The notes under the pieces were generated by a model, which worked only from the letters and a program-made list of their open reading frames with translations, did no database searches and was not told where the DNA came from. The position numbers and the translations under genes were made by a program. A stretch of DNA of 64,000 bases from Candidatus Latescibacterota bacterium (GTDB lineage: Bacteria; Latescibacterota; UBA2968; UBA8231), in assembly GCA_965223905.1 (NCBI GenBank), contig CBDCXV010000001.1:1120001-1184000 (forward strand), given 5' to 3'. Shown piece by piece: positions 1 through 12,012 of this stretch (positions are counted from its first letter, which is position 1; every line of letters begins with the position of its first letter).

Positions 1-65
1 TCCCTCTATACTAAGTCGCCGACGCAGCACCGCTGCCGTGGGAATTTCGTCTGCTCCGAGGAGAA

Positions 66-1127
66 ATGATGGCAAGGGAGATTGGATTCGGCGTTGTCGG
101 CCTGGGTATGGGCCGCCACCACTGCACCGCGATCAACAGGGCGGAGGGGGCCAGGCTCGTCGCCATTTGCGACGCTGACGAGGAGCGTCTCGATGCCGGC
201 ACCGAAGAGTACGGATGCCGGGGGTACACCGACTACGAAAGCTTCCTTGCCGACGAGGCGGTCGAAGTCGTCAATATCGCCACCCCTTCCGGGTCGCACG
301 CACAGCTGGCTATCCCGGCGGCAGGGGCGGGCAAACACCTGATCGTCGAAAAACCGGCGGACATCACCGTCGAGCGGATCGACGCGATGATCGCCGCCTG
401 CGAGGCGAACGGGGTCAAGGCCGCGGGGATCTTCCAGGCCCGTTTCAACACCCTGAACATCCGCATACGGGAAGCCGTAGCCGCAGGCCGGCTCGGCAGG
501 TTGATCGGCGTGCACGGACACCTGCCCTGGTACCGCACGGGGGAGTACTACGGAGGGGTCCACGGCTCGTGGAAGGGCACCTGGAGGATGGACGGAGGGG
601 GGTCCCTGATGAACCAGGGGGTCCACACCGTCGACCTGCTGCAGTGGTTTGCCGGAAAGGTCGAGAGCGTGTTCGGGCAGTTCGGCATCTTCGCCCACGA
701 CATCGAGGCCGAAGACCAGGTAGCCGCAGTGCTCCGTTTCGCCAACGGCGCCCTGGGAACCCTTTACACGACGACCTGCTGCTACCCCGGATACGATCAG
801 CGGATCACCCTCTACGGCGACCGGGGTTCGATCATCAAGGAGGAGGGGACGCTGGTGAGTTGGAAGATCGCCGACGACCCCGACGGCGCTGAACAGGCCG
901 AGCTTCTCGGGCGGTTCGGAGCCGATGCTGGCAAGGGCAGCGGGGCGGCGGATCCGATGGCGGCCAGCTTCGACGGCCACACGGAGATCGTGGCCGACAT
1001 GGTCGCGGCGATTCGCCAGGACCGCTCTCCTGCGATCTCCCTGGACAGCGCCCGCCACGCCGTGGAAGTCATCAACGCCGTTTACGAATCGGGCCGCGCC
1101 GGAGCGCCGGTCACGTTGGGAGACTAG
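66..1127 (+). CDS. Gfo/Idh/MocA family oxidoreductase
   Basis: GVVGLGMG Rossmann motif, EKP motif, GGGSLMNQGVH. Confidence 0.9.
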   Translation: MMAREIGFGVVGLGMGRHHCTAINRAEGARLVAICDADEERLDAGTEEYGCRGYTDYESFLADEAVEVVNIATPSGSHAQLAIPAAGAGKHLIVEKPADITVERIDAMIAACEANGVKAAGIFQARFNTLNIRIREAVAAGRLGRLIGVHGHLPWYRTGEYYGGVHGSWKGTWRMDGGGSLMNQGVHTVDLLQWFAGKVESVFGQFGIFAHDIEAEDQVAAVLRFANGALGTLYTTTCCYPGYDQRITLYGDRGSIIKEEGTLVSWKIADDPDGAEQAELLGRFGADAGKGSGAADPMAASFDGHTEIVADMVAAIRQDRSPAISLDSARHAVEVINAVYESGRAGAPVTLGD

Positions 1128-1129
1128 CA

Positions 1130-2053
1130 ATGGCTCATCATCAATTCACCCCCGACCACTACCACACGGCCATAGGCAGCCACGAACCGGTTCTCGAAAT
1201 CGCGCCGGGCGACAGCGTTTCGACGACGACGGTCGACGCGAGAGGTGGAGATGCGAGCGGCGCAACGGTAACCGAACGGGGAAATCCGCAGACAGGCCCT
1301 TTCTACATCACCGGAGCGGAATCAGGGGATACCCTGGTCATCACCCTGGACGAGCTGCGGCCCAACAGGCCTACGGGATTCACCGGCCTGCGCATCGCCC
1401 CCAACGTGCTCGATCACGGCTACATTCCGCAATTCGGCGACGGCCTCGACGGCGGCACCGCACAATGGGCGGTAGACACGGAAAAGGGCACTGCGAGACT
1501 GCTGTCGCCCGAAGGGCCGTTGACGGCAATCGAGCTGGAGCTCGACCCGATGATCGGCTGCTTCGGGGTGGCCCCGCCCCGCCGGCAGGCCATCTCCTGC
1601 GCCACCTCGGATACCCACGGCGGCAACATGGACTACCGGGGGTTTCGCCAGGGTGTGAAGGTCTACTTTCCCGTGGCTGTCGAGGGCGCCCTGTTTCACC
1701 TGGGGGACGGTCACGCCGTGCAGGGGGACGGCGAGATCGTCGGCACCGGCATAGAGATCTCCTTCGACGTCACCTTTACTGCAGATCTCATCAAGGACAA
1801 ACAGATCGGCTGGCCGCGTGCCGAAAACGACGACTACCTGATGGCGGTCGGCAATGCCCGGCCCCTCGACCAGGCACTGCAGCACGCGACGACCGAGCTC
1901 GTCGAATGGCTTCAGGCCGACTTCGGAATCGACGCCCGCACGGTTCACATGCTGCTAGGACAATGTGTGGAGTACGACGTGGGGAACGTCTACGATCCCG
2001 CCTACACGATGGTGTGCAAGATCGCCAGGAAGTACGTCGAGCAGCTGTCGTAG
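1130..2053 (+). CDS. Acetamidase/formamidase family protein
   Basis: NPQTGPFY, HGGNMD, GDGHAVQGDGE motifs. Confidence 0.9.
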   Translation: MAHHQFTPDHYHTAIGSHEPVLEIAPGDSVSTTTVDARGGDASGATVTERGNPQTGPFYITGAESGDTLVITLDELRPNRPTGFTGLRIAPNVLDHGYIPQFGDGLDGGTAQWAVDTEKGTARLLSPEGPLTAIELELDPMIGCFGVAPPRRQAISCATSDTHGGNMDYRGFRQGVKVYFPVAVEGALFHLGDGHAVQGDGEIVGTGIEISFDVTFTADLIKDKQIGWPRAENDDYLMAVGNARPLDQALQHATTELVEWLQADFGIDARTVHMLLGQCVEYDVGNVYDPAYTMVCKIARKYVEQLS

Positions 2054-2105
2054 ATCGAGAGGAAGCGGAATGTCATGCGGCGCGGCTGTCTGAACCCCCG
2101 CCGAA

Positions 2106-4190
2106 CTATGCGGATTTCTTGCGGCCGGGGACCTCAACCACACCGCCCCGGGCGATCTCCATCAGGGAATCCTGAAAGCTGAGAGCCGGCTCGCCAGGAA
2201 GCGGCTCGAGGCGCAGGTAGGAACCGTCGGACTGCAACAGCCGCGCCTTGACGCGATCGCTCAGGCAGAGCTGCAACTCCTTGTAGAGGCGGTCCTTCAG
2301 CCCCGGGTCCTCTACCGGAAAAACCACCTCGACCCGTCCCCTGAGATTGCGGTTCATCCAATCGGCGCTCCCCGCCCAGATCTCGGCGTCGCCGCCGTTG
2401 TGGAAATAGAACACGCGGCTGTGCTCGAGATAGCGCCCGATGATGCTGTACACCCGGATGTGCTCGCTGATGCCGAGAATGCCCGGGCGCAGGCAGCAGA
2501 TTCCCCTGACCACCAGGTCGATCTCGACGCCGGCGATCGAGGCCGCGTAGAGCTCGCGGATGATCTCGGGGTCTACGAGTCCGTTCATCTTGGCGATGAT
2601 CCGGGCCGGCCTGCCCTGGCCCGCAAACTCCGCTTCCCGTTGAATGCGTTCGACCATGCCGCTGAGAAGGGTCGTGGGCGCGACCAGCAGCTTCTGAAAC
2701 CTCTCCGTCGATCTCGCGGTCAGCAGGTTGAACACCTCGGCGACCTCGCTGTTGAGATTCTCGCGGGCCGTCAGCAGTCCGAGGTCGGTGTAGAAGCGGG
2801 CGGTCTGGTGGTTGTAGTTCCCCGTTCCCATGTGGGCGTAGCGCCGCAGCCGGTCCTCGTCCCGCCGGACGATCATCGACAGCTTGCAGTGCGTCTTCAT
2901 GCCGAGCAGCCCGTAGACGACGTGAACGCCGCACTCTTCGAGCTGTTTGGCCCATTCGATGTTGGAGTTTTCATCGAAGCGGGCCTTCAACTCGATCAGG
3001 GCGGTCACTTCCTTGCCCAGTTCCGCCGCATCGATGAGGGCCTGCACGACCTTGGAGTCTTCGCCGGTCCGGTAGAGCGTCTGCTTGATCGCCAATACCC
3101 GGGGGTCGGAGGCCGCCATGCCGATGAAATCGATGACGGTGTTGAAGGAATCGTAGGGATGGTGGAGGAGGACGTCGCGAGAGCGCAGCGTTTCGAAAAA
3201 CTGGTCGGGATCCCTGGGCAGGTTTAGCTCAACCGGTGTGTAGGGGGAAAATTTCAGGTCCGCCCGGTTGACGACGTCGTAGATGGTGACGACGCGGTTG
3301 AGATTCACCGGCCCGTCGGCGAAGTAGACCTGGTCTTTGTCGAGCCCGAACTGCCTTCTGAGAAAAGTCACCAGGCGCTCCGGAGCGCCGGCTTCGATCT
3401 CCAGGCGGACCGGATCCCCCTTGCGGCGGTTTTCCAGCGATTCGGCGATCTCCTCGAGCAGGTTGTCCGCCTCTTCTTCGTTGACGTAGAGCTCGCTGTT
3501 GCGGGTGACGCGAAAAGCCGCCCACCCGGTCATCTCGTACCCCTCGAAGAGCTCGTTGAGGTGGTGGGCGACGATGCCGGCAAGGGTCACGAGGTTCACG
3601 GAGCCTCGATCGGTGTCTGGGAGCCGGAGAATTCTCGGCAGAACCCGGGGGACGGTGACGACGCCGATGGCAGTGGTGCCGTTCGACTCCAGCAGCACCC
3701 CGTGGCAGAGAGCCTTGTTGAGGACCCGGGGAAAAGGATGCGCAGGATCGATCGCGATCGGGGTGAGGATCGGTTCCAGCTCTTCCTTCCAGTAGCGCTG
3801 GATGAAGGCGCGCTGCTCACCGGTCAGGTGGCTGACTTCCAGCAGGTGGATCTCCTCATCGGACAGCGCCGGAAGCAGCTCGTCGTTCCAGCAGGCGTAG
3901 TGCGAGCGGACGAGCTTGTGCGCCTTGGCGGAGATCGCCTGGATCTGCTCGTCGGGGTTGAGGCCGTCGGCTCCACTGGCGGCGGCCCCGCTGTCGCGCA
4001 GCTGCAGCAGGCCGGCGACCCGCACCTCGAAGAACTCGTCGAGGATATCGGCGACGATCCCGAGAAAGCGCACGCGCTCCAGCAGCGGGTTGCGCCGGTC
4101 GCGCGCTTCTTCGAAGACCCGGCGGTTGAAATCGAGCCAGGAGAGCTCGCGGTTGATGTAGTATTCGGGGCGTCGCAGGTCGGTGGCCAC
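2106..4190 (-). CDS. ppk1: Polyphosphate kinase 1
   Basis: YINRELSWLDFNRRV, LLHHPYDSF, ELKARFDE, KTHCK, GRYLEHSR. Confidence 0.97.
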   Translation of the reverse strand: MATDLRRPEYYINRELSWLDFNRRVFEEARDRRNPLLERVRFLGIVADILDEFFEVRVAGLLQLRDSGAAASGADGLNPDEQIQAISAKAHKLVRSHYACWNDELLPALSDEEIHLLEVSHLTGEQRAFIQRYWKEELEPILTPIAIDPAHPFPRVLNKALCHGVLLESNGTTAIGVVTVPRVLPRILRLPDTDRGSVNLVTLAGIVAHHLNELFEGYEMTGWAAFRVTRNSELYVNEEEADNLLEEIAESLENRRKGDPVRLEIEAGAPERLVTFLRRQFGLDKDQVYFADGPVNLNRVVTIYDVVNRADLKFSPYTPVELNLPRDPDQFFETLRSRDVLLHHPYDSFNTVIDFIGMAASDPRVLAIKQTLYRTGEDSKVVQALIDAAELGKEVTALIELKARFDENSNIEWAKQLEECGVHVVYGLLGMKTHCKLSMIVRRDEDRLRRYAHMGTGNYNHQTARFYTDLGLLTARENLNSEVAEVFNLLTARSTERFQKLLVAPTTLLSGMVERIQREAEFAGQGRPARIIAKMNGLVDPEIIRELYAASIAGVEIDLVVRGICCLRPGILGISEHIRVYSIIGRYLEHSRVFYFHNGGDAEIWAGSADWMNRNLRGRVEVVFPVEDPGLKDRLYKELQLCLSDRVKARLLQSDGSYLRLEPLPGEPALSFQDSLMEIARGGVVEVPGRKKSA

Positions 4191-4266
4191 GCGGATCTCC
4201 CGTTTACGAGCGGCGTTCGCGCTTAAACTTACGCTGAAACTCGAAGGTATACATGCCGCCGCCGGC

Positions 4267-5133
4267 TCAAGTCAAATCGCGATCCCGGTGGCGGTGCCTC
4301 TCCCTCCAGACCTCGAGGACGAAGTCGCGGTCGCGGCGCGCATTGCCGAGGACCTCGCGCAGATCGAGGGGAACGTCTCCGGGAGGGGCGATGCCGGCGG
4401 TGAACTCGAGGCAGGCGATGCCGTCGAAGGCGGCATCCTGGACGTGCGCGAGGAAGCGGCGGTAGTCGATCCAGGTGCCTTGCTCGAGAAGGGAGAAGTC
4501 GCCGTCCCTCCGATTCTGCAGGTGCAGGTGGCGGATGCGGCTGTGAAGACGGTCGAAGGCGAAGACCGCCGCCTCCGTGTCGTCCCCGGTGAAGGGCTGA
4601 AAACAGACGCCGGCGTTGTCGCAGGAGCCAAGCTCCTCCAACAACCGGCAGGTGGCGTCGAGGGTGTCGCACAAAGTGCCGCCGTGGGTCTCCAGGGTGA
4701 GGGAGATACCGCGTTCTTCCAGGCTGTCGGCGAGCCGCCTGATGCGCTCGAGCGACAACCGGCGCACCACGGCATCGGCGTCGGCGCTGGCGACGCGGCC
4801 GGAGAAGATCTTGAACGTCGTGCAGCCGAGCAGGTCGGCGTAGTCGGCCGCGATATCGAGCAGCCGCTGCTCCGCCTGCGCTTCGCTCCCGGAAAGATGC
4901 AGCCGCGGGTAGGCCCCGGCGGCAGAAGCGCGCATTCCGAGGTCCCGCATCCTTCCCGCCAGGTCCTCCACGGCGGAGCGGCTCAGACCGGAGATGTGGT
5001 ACTGCCAGATCTCCAGGTCGCGGAAGCCTGCCCGGCGAATCGGCTCGAGCAGGGCTTCGAACGGCCGTGTCAGCCTGCCGGGGGCCGTCCACCGGTTCGG
5101 CTCCAGCATGATCGTGTTGAAAAGGAGCTGCAC
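4267..5133 (-). CDS. Sugar phosphate isomerase/epimerase (TIM barrel)
   Basis: LETH and HLHLQN metal-site motifs, GIACLEF; GTG start chosen from RBS. Confidence 0.75.
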   Translation of the reverse strand: MQLLFNTIMLEPNRWTAPGRLTRPFEALLEPIRRAGFRDLEIWQYHISGLSRSAVEDLAGRMRDLGMRASAAGAYPRLHLSGSEAQAEQRLLDIAADYADLLGCTTFKIFSGRVASADADAVVRRLSLERIRRLADSLEERGISLTLETHGGTLCDTLDATCRLLEELGSCDNAGVCFQPFTGDDTEAAVFAFDRLHSRIRHLHLQNRRDGDFSLLEQGTWIDYRRFLAHVQDAAFDGIACLEFTAGIAPPGDVPLDLREVLGNARRDRDFVLEVWRERHRHRDRDLT

Positions 5134-5247
5134 CTCGGTCTTCCTAATGGTCGAAGGAAATTGTGCGAGTCCGGGCACCTTCGGAATCGACCCGCGCCCC
5201 GAGTTGGCGAGTCCGTTGAGACCCGGCGGGTCGTCCCTCCGTATGCC

Positions 5248-6273
5248 TCAGACGAACGTGGCACCGAGTTTAACGTTCGCTCCGGGGTCGGTAGCGATCT
5301 TCGGGTACACTTCGGCGAGGTCGTCGAAGGGAACGACAGGTTGCACGACCGCCTCGGTTTCGATCCCCCCGGAGGCCAGCAGCCGCCAGGCCTCGCCGAT
5401 CAGGCGCTCGTGGCTCCAGTTGGGATGGTCGGGATTCGGGTCGCTGTTGGAGCGGCTGAACAGGAGCCGGGGCCGGTTCATGTGCGCTTCGGCACCGAGG
5501 TCGAGACCAGCTGCATAGGGACCCGGGTAGGCGCCGGCGACCACCGTGCCGTTGTAGGCGACGCTGCGCAGCGCCCCCTGCAGGCCGGAGTGATGGCCGC
5601 TGTACTCGATGCAGACATCGGCGCCGCGTTGTCCGGTCAGCTTCCTGATTTCGAGGCCGGGGTCGCAGGCGGCCGGGTCGAGGGCGACGTCGGCGCCGCA
5701 GGTGCGGGATACCGAACGCCGCAGCTCGAGGGGGTCGACGGCGATGACCGGATGAGCGCCTGCGAGGAGGGCGAACTGCACGACCATCAGCCCGATCGCC
5801 CCCATTCCAAAGACGGCCACGGCGTCGCCCAGGCGGACATGGCCGTCGCGAACGGCGCCCAGTGCGAAATCGGCCGGGTCGAGGCAGACCGCGGCCTGCC
5901 AGGGCAGGCCGTCGGGAAGCCGCCGAACCGTCTCCGGCCAGCAGTGCTCCTCGCGGAACGGCGCGTGTGAGAAGACGCGGTCGCCGACGCTGAGGCGCGT
6001 CGGCCCGGGGCCGAGCTCGACCACCTCGCCGACGCACATGTTGCCGAGAGGACAGGGAAACGGCTCTCTGCCGCCGGCGGGCAGAAAGAGCCGGAGGTCG
6101 CGGTCGTACGAGCCGCGCCCGCGGCCGTAGTCCTTGAAAATCGACATCTCCGTGCCGTGCTTGGCGGCGCCGTACAGGCTTTTCACGCGAACCTGCCCCG
6201 GTCCCGGCGCCTGGCTCTCGTATTCCCTGAACGCCACCTGCTCCCTTGCGGGAGCGTACAACTCCCTCGGCAT
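5248..6273 (-). CDS. Zinc-binding alcohol dehydrogenase family (MDR)
   Basis: VAVFGMGAIG nucleotide-binding motif, GroES-like N-terminus. Confidence 0.85.
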   Translation of the reverse strand: MPRELYAPAREQVAFREYESQAPGPGQVRVKSLYGAAKHGTEMSIFKDYGRGRGSYDRDLRLFLPAGGREPFPCPLGNMCVGEVVELGPGPTRLSVGDRVFSHAPFREEHCWPETVRRLPDGLPWQAAVCLDPADFALGAVRDGHVRLGDAVAVFGMGAIGLMVVQFALLAGAHPVIAVDPLELRRSVSRTCGADVALDPAACDPGLEIRKLTGQRGADVCIEYSGHHSGLQGALRSVAYNGTVVAGAYPGPYAAGLDLGAEAHMNRPRLLFSRSNSDPNPDHPNWSHERLIGEAWRLLASGGIETEAVVQPVVPFDDLAEVYPKIATDPGANVKLGATFV

Positions 6274-6388
6274 TACCGCGTCTCCCCGTGGAACACCTGT
6301 TCCCGGTGTCAACTGCGAAGGGCGTGCAATATATTGGAGCCCATACCCTTCATCAATCGATCACTCCGACAGCGGAAAGCCCTCTCAC

Positions 6389-7354
6389 ATGACCGATCGC
6401 GTCAAAATCCTGGTCCCCGGCGACGACCCGCGGCAGATCGCCGGATCGCCGCAGCTGGCCCGGATCGAGCCCTACGGAGACGTCACCCTGTACGACAACC
6501 GCCCCGAAACGTCGGCCGAGAAAATCGCCCGGGCCGACGGCTTCGACATCATCATCAACACGCGCGGCGTCGTCGACTGGCGCGAAACCGAGCTGCGCGC
6601 CCTGCCTTCGCTGAAGATGATCGCGACCTGCTCCATAGGGACCGACATGATCGATCTCGAAACCGGCAGGGAATTGAACATCGTCGTCTCGAATCAGCCG
6701 GGCCGCACCGCACCCGTTGTTGCCGAGCACATGTTCGGGCTGATGTTTACGGTGGCCAAGCGGGCGGCTTTTCAAACGAGGGAGATCGCCGAAAATCGCT
6801 GGACGCGGCGGATGAACCTTACGGTTCGGGGGAAGGTTCTCGGCATAGTCGGCACCGGGAACATCGGGGCGGAGATGGCGGCCTTGGGCAACGCCGTCGG
6901 AATGGAGGTGATCGCCTGGACCTTCAACCCCTCCCCGGAACGGGCCGAGCGGCTCGGGGTCCGCTTCGTCGAGTTGCAGGAGCTGCTCGAAGGCGCCGAC
7001 TACGTCAGCATCCACACCGCCCTAAGCGACGCTACGCGCGGGCTGATCGGCCGGATGGAGCTGCAGGCGATGAAGCCTGACGCCGTGATCCTCAACGGGG
7101 CGCGTGGCGCCGTGCTCGATCTCGACGCCCTCGCCGAGATCCTCGCCTCGGGCCACCTCGGCGGCGCCGGGATCGATGTCTTCGAGGAAGAGCCATTTGT
7201 CGCCGACCACCCGATCAAGCAGTGCGAGCAGGTCGTCTTCACTCCCCACGCCGCCGACCAGACCCCCGAGGGGGCCGAGCTGCTCAACGAAGGGGCGGTC
7301 GACAACGTGCTCGCATTTCTCGCAGGGGAGCCGCGGAACAACGCCGCGGCGTGA
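6389..7354 (+). CDS. D-isomer-specific 2-hydroxyacid dehydrogenase (SerA-like)
   Basis: GIVGTGNIG, NGARG, DVFEEEP, TPH motifs. Confidence 0.9.
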   Translation: MTDRVKILVPGDDPRQIAGSPQLARIEPYGDVTLYDNRPETSAEKIARADGFDIIINTRGVVDWRETELRALPSLKMIATCSIGTDMIDLETGRELNIVVSNQPGRTAPVVAEHMFGLMFTVAKRAAFQTREIAENRWTRRMNLTVRGKVLGIVGTGNIGAEMAALGNAVGMEVIAWTFNPSPERAERLGVRFVELQELLEGADYVSIHTALSDATRGLIGRMELQAMKPDAVILNGARGAVLDLDALAEILASGHLGGAGIDVFEEEPFVADHPIKQCEQVVFTPHAADQTPEGAELLNEGAVDNVLAFLAGEPRNNAAA

Positions 7355-7356
7355 CC

Positions 7357-8193
7357 ATGTTCACTTCGCTGAGCCCGGGAGCCATCGGCGTGAGCGCCAC
7401 CCTCGAAGAGGGGCTGCGGCTGGCGGCCGCGCACCGGTTCGACGGCCTCCACTTCAACATCGCGGAAGCGGCTGCTCTCGGCGCCGGCAGGGTGCGCGAA
7501 CTGTGCGCCGAGACGGGAGTGCGGCTCTCGGCTTTCGGCTTCCCCGTCGACTTCCGCCGCGGCGAGCGGGATTTCGAAAGGGGCCTGGAACGCCTTCCGG
7601 AGCTGGCCGAGGTAGCCGAGCAGCTCGGGGTGGAGCGGACGGCGACCTGGCTCCTTCCCTGGTCCGACGAGCTGCCGTTCGGCGACAACTTCGCCCTTCA
7701 CCGCGACCGCCTGAAGCCGGCGGCGGCGATTCTCGCCGATCGCGGCATCCGCTTCGGTCTCGAGTACGTCGCACCGGACACCATGAGGGACGGCAGGAAG
7801 CACTCCTTCGTGCACACGATGGCCCAGACCCTCGAGCTGTGCGCCGCGGTCGGAGGCAACGCCGGCCTGCTCGCCGACTCGTGGCATTGGTACGCCGCCC
7901 GCGAAACCGCGGACGACCTGCGCTCCCTCACCGCCGGGACGGTCGTCGACGTGCACGTCGACGACGCTCCCGACCTCCCGGTTGAAGCCCAGGAAGACCA
8001 CGTCCGCGCCATGCCGGGGGAAACCGGCGTCATCGACATCGCCGCTTTTCTCGGAGCCCTGGTGGAGATCGGATACGACGGCCCCATGATGGCGGAGCCG
8101 TTCAGCGAGCGGGTCAGGCGCCTCCCCTCGGGGGAAGCCTGCGCGGAGACGATAGCGTCGCTGCGCAAGGTCCGGTCCCTGGCCGGACTGTAG
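7357..8193 (+). CDS. Sugar phosphate isomerase/epimerase
   Basis: LEY, DSWHW, VHVDD, RAMPGETGVID, YDGP motifs. Confidence 0.85.
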   Translation: MFTSLSPGAIGVSATLEEGLRLAAAHRFDGLHFNIAEAAALGAGRVRELCAETGVRLSAFGFPVDFRRGERDFERGLERLPELAEVAEQLGVERTATWLLPWSDELPFGDNFALHRDRLKPAAAILADRGIRFGLEYVAPDTMRDGRKHSFVHTMAQTLELCAAVGGNAGLLADSWHWYAARETADDLRSLTAGTVVDVHVDDAPDLPVEAQEDHVRAMPGETGVIDIAAFLGALVEIGYDGPMMAEPFSERVRRLPSGEACAETIASLRKVRSLAGL

Positions 8194-8194
8194 A

Positions 8195-9376
8195 ATGGCC
8201 GTACGGGTCGCCCACATAACACCGACGGACCGCATCGCCTGCCTGATGATGCGCACCCGGCTCTCCCACCTGCGCGACGCCGGGTACGAGGTCAGCGTCA
8301 TCTGCGGCCGCTCTCCCGAAGGCGCCTGGGGCGAAGAGCTGAGCGCCCAGGGGCTGGAGGTGATCCACGTTCCCTTCGCCCGGGAAATCGCCCCGTTTAC
8401 GGACGCGCGCTGCAGCCTGGGGCTGTACCGCGCCATCCGCCGGGGCGGCTTCGACATCGTGCACTCGCACAATCCGAAGGGGGGACTGCTCGGTCCGGTG
8501 GCCGGGAAACTGGCGCGCGGGCCGGTCGTCCTTCATACCGTGCACGGTTTCCTGTTCAACGAGAACGCGGCGGGAATGCGCCGGGGCATGGCCTTCGGCG
8601 CCGAGCGCTGGACCGCGGCCTGGTGCGACCACCTGCTGTTCCAGAGCGAAGAGGATTTCGCCTACGCCCGCGACCACAGGTTCAAACCGGAGGACAGGCT
8701 GCATCTCGAGGGGAACGGCATCGACGAGACCCGCTTCGACCCGCGGCTCTACCCCGAAGCGCGCCGCGAGAAGCGGCGCGAGCTGGGGTTGGAGGATGCC
8801 GACCTCGTCGTCGGGATGGTCGGGCGCCTGGTGGAGGAGAAGGGGTACCGGGAGTTCTTCGAGATGGCCGGCCGGCTGGCCAGGTCCAGGGAGGAGGTGC
8901 GCTTCCTCAACGTCGGGATCGCGGAACCGGAGCAGTCCGACGCCATCGATCCACATCTCCTTGCCCGGCAGCACGGCCTCGACGGCAAATGCGTGCTCCT
9001 GGACCGGCGCCGCGACATGCCGGAGCTCTACCTGGCGATGGACGTAGCCGTCCTGCCCTCGCACAGGGAGGGGATTCCGCGGGCGCTGATGGAAGCCGCG
9101 GCCATGGGGGTTCCTGGCGCGGCCACCGACATACGGGGCACGCGCGAGGTGATCGAAGACGGGATCACCGGGCTGCTGTTCCCGCTGCGGGACGTCGACC
9201 GCTTCCTCGACTGCGTCGACCGCCTGCTGCAGGACGGCGAGTTGAGACGGCGGATGGGCCGGGCGGCGCGGCAGCGGGTGCTCGGAAAATACACCGAGAC
9301 CGCCACTTCCCGGCGGCTGCAGCGCTGTTACCGTGAGATACTCGACAGGAAACATGGGCGCGCCCTGCGCGCATGA
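8195..9376 (+). CDS. Glycosyltransferase family 4
   Basis: HSHNPKGG, GRLVEEKG, PSHREGIPRALMEA. Confidence 0.9.
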   Translation: MAVRVAHITPTDRIACLMMRTRLSHLRDAGYEVSVICGRSPEGAWGEELSAQGLEVIHVPFAREIAPFTDARCSLGLYRAIRRGGFDIVHSHNPKGGLLGPVAGKLARGPVVLHTVHGFLFNENAAGMRRGMAFGAERWTAAWCDHLLFQSEEDFAYARDHRFKPEDRLHLEGNGIDETRFDPRLYPEARREKRRELGLEDADLVVGMVGRLVEEKGYREFFEMAGRLARSREEVRFLNVGIAEPEQSDAIDPHLLARQHGLDGKCVLLDRRRDMPELYLAMDVAVLPSHREGIPRALMEAAAMGVPGAATDIRGTREVIEDGITGLLFPLRDVDRFLDCVDRLLQDGELRRRMGRAARQRVLGKYTETATSRRLQRCYREILDRKHGRALRA

Positions 9377-9386
9377 GGAGAAAGAG

Positions 9387-10619
<1,233 letters not shown>

Positions 10620-10622
10620 TCG

Positions 10623-11717
10623 CTACTGCTGCACCCCTGCCTTCACCTCGCGCTCGAAAGCCTCGATCTCCTGCATGCCGTCGAGGACTCCGATCTCGAT
10701 GTGAAAGTCGCGCACCGCGCCCGGCTCGATGTGCTCCAGGGTCTGGTGCTTCCTGTTCCAGGCGCGCCCGAGGACGCTGCAGTTTCCCGGCTCGACGCCG
10801 GTGACGAAGGTGCCGCGGTGGAAGTGCTGCCACTGGTTGACGATCGGTATTTCCCGCTGCGGAAACTTCCAGTACAACCCCAGCTCCAGACCCTCGTTGA
10901 TCAGGCCGACATGGATGTCGCCGTCGCGGTCCGCAAGCGGCCTGTGGACGTACACGTCGTCGTGCATCTCCGCCTTCGGCTCCGTGACCAGACTGTATTC
11001 CTCCGGCCCGACCTCCTGGTCGTTCTCCCACTCGGTGCTCTGGCGCGAATGCAGCACCAGGCGGGTGCCGGCGTCTAGCAGCGGCCAGCCGGGATTGGTG
11101 TGGTAGACGACCATCAGCGGCGCCGGGTCCACTCCCATGTTCTCGACGCGGTCGTGTATGCGAATCGACTTTTCGCCGAGCACGGTCGACACCTCGCGGG
11201 ACATCTCGAGGCAGTGCCCGAACATGATGGTCTCCCGCATCCTGCCGCTGGCGCGAACGACGTATTCTTCATCCTCCCAGGAACCGCCGGCGACGACCTG
11301 CTTGGCTGGGATGTACGACAGGCGGCCGTGCAGGCCGAGCTCCTCGTCCTCGGCCTCCGGATCGGTCTCGGGGTGTCCTACGAAGGTCAACCCGCAGGTG
11401 GTCAGCAGTCCGAGATAGGAACCGCGCATCCAGTTGAATCCATCCGGCTCGTAGAACGCCGGCCCGACGTCCCCGGTCTTGGAGCGGAAACAGAGCGACA
11501 TCCCCTTGTACGATGCCGAGGCGATATCGAGGGCGCGCCCGGGAAGCAGTGTGAAGCTGAGACCGGAGGCGTTCGCAATCTCGATCAGGTCGGCGCCGCG
11601 CTCGTTCCCTTCGACGAGCTCCGCCCGCCTCACGCCGGCCACCTGGCTCATGTCGCCGACGAGGTCGAGAACCTGCTGCTTCGTGTAGTTCCGTCCGTAC
11701 AGTCTGGGCATCCGCAA
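10623..11717 (-). CDS. Aldose 1-epimerase-like protein (DUF4432)
   Basis: RALDI, GLLTTCGL, LHGR, YHTNPG, GVEPG motifs. Confidence 0.85.
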   Translation of the reverse strand: MRMPRLYGRNYTKQQVLDLVGDMSQVAGVRRAELVEGNERGADLIEIANASGLSFTLLPGRALDIASASYKGMSLCFRSKTGDVGPAFYEPDGFNWMRGSYLGLLTTCGLTFVGHPETDPEAEDEELGLHGRLSYIPAKQVVAGGSWEDEEYVVRASGRMRETIMFGHCLEMSREVSTVLGEKSIRIHDRVENMGVDPAPLMVVYHTNPGWPLLDAGTRLVLHSRQSTEWENDQEVGPEEYSLVTEPKAEMHDDVYVHRPLADRDGDIHVGLINEGLELGLYWKFPQREIPIVNQWQHFHRGTFVTGVEPGNCSVLGRAWNRKHQTLEHIEPGAVRDFHIEIGVLDGMQEIEAFEREVKAGVQQ

Positions 11718-12012
11718 CCGCTCCTGGATAATGTGTGCTGTGGGACCGGGGGCCGAAGATAGGGCGGCGGCAACAGGCTACACAAGCAGCCCGGAACGCG
11801 TTCGGGAGACGCCCAGGAACCCGCGCCGGCACCCTCGGCAGGCCCGAATCCGCCGGTTCCAAAGGGGCTTCCCAGGCTTGACGAGCCGCGCCGGCCCCCG
11901 GCTTATTGCACCGCCTCGCCGCGGCGTTGGGGGCGCCGCGGGACTCGCAGGTTTCCCGCGCTCCTTCCCACCTCGCCCGCCTTTCTGTTATGAACGCAAA
12001 TGGGAAAAGAAG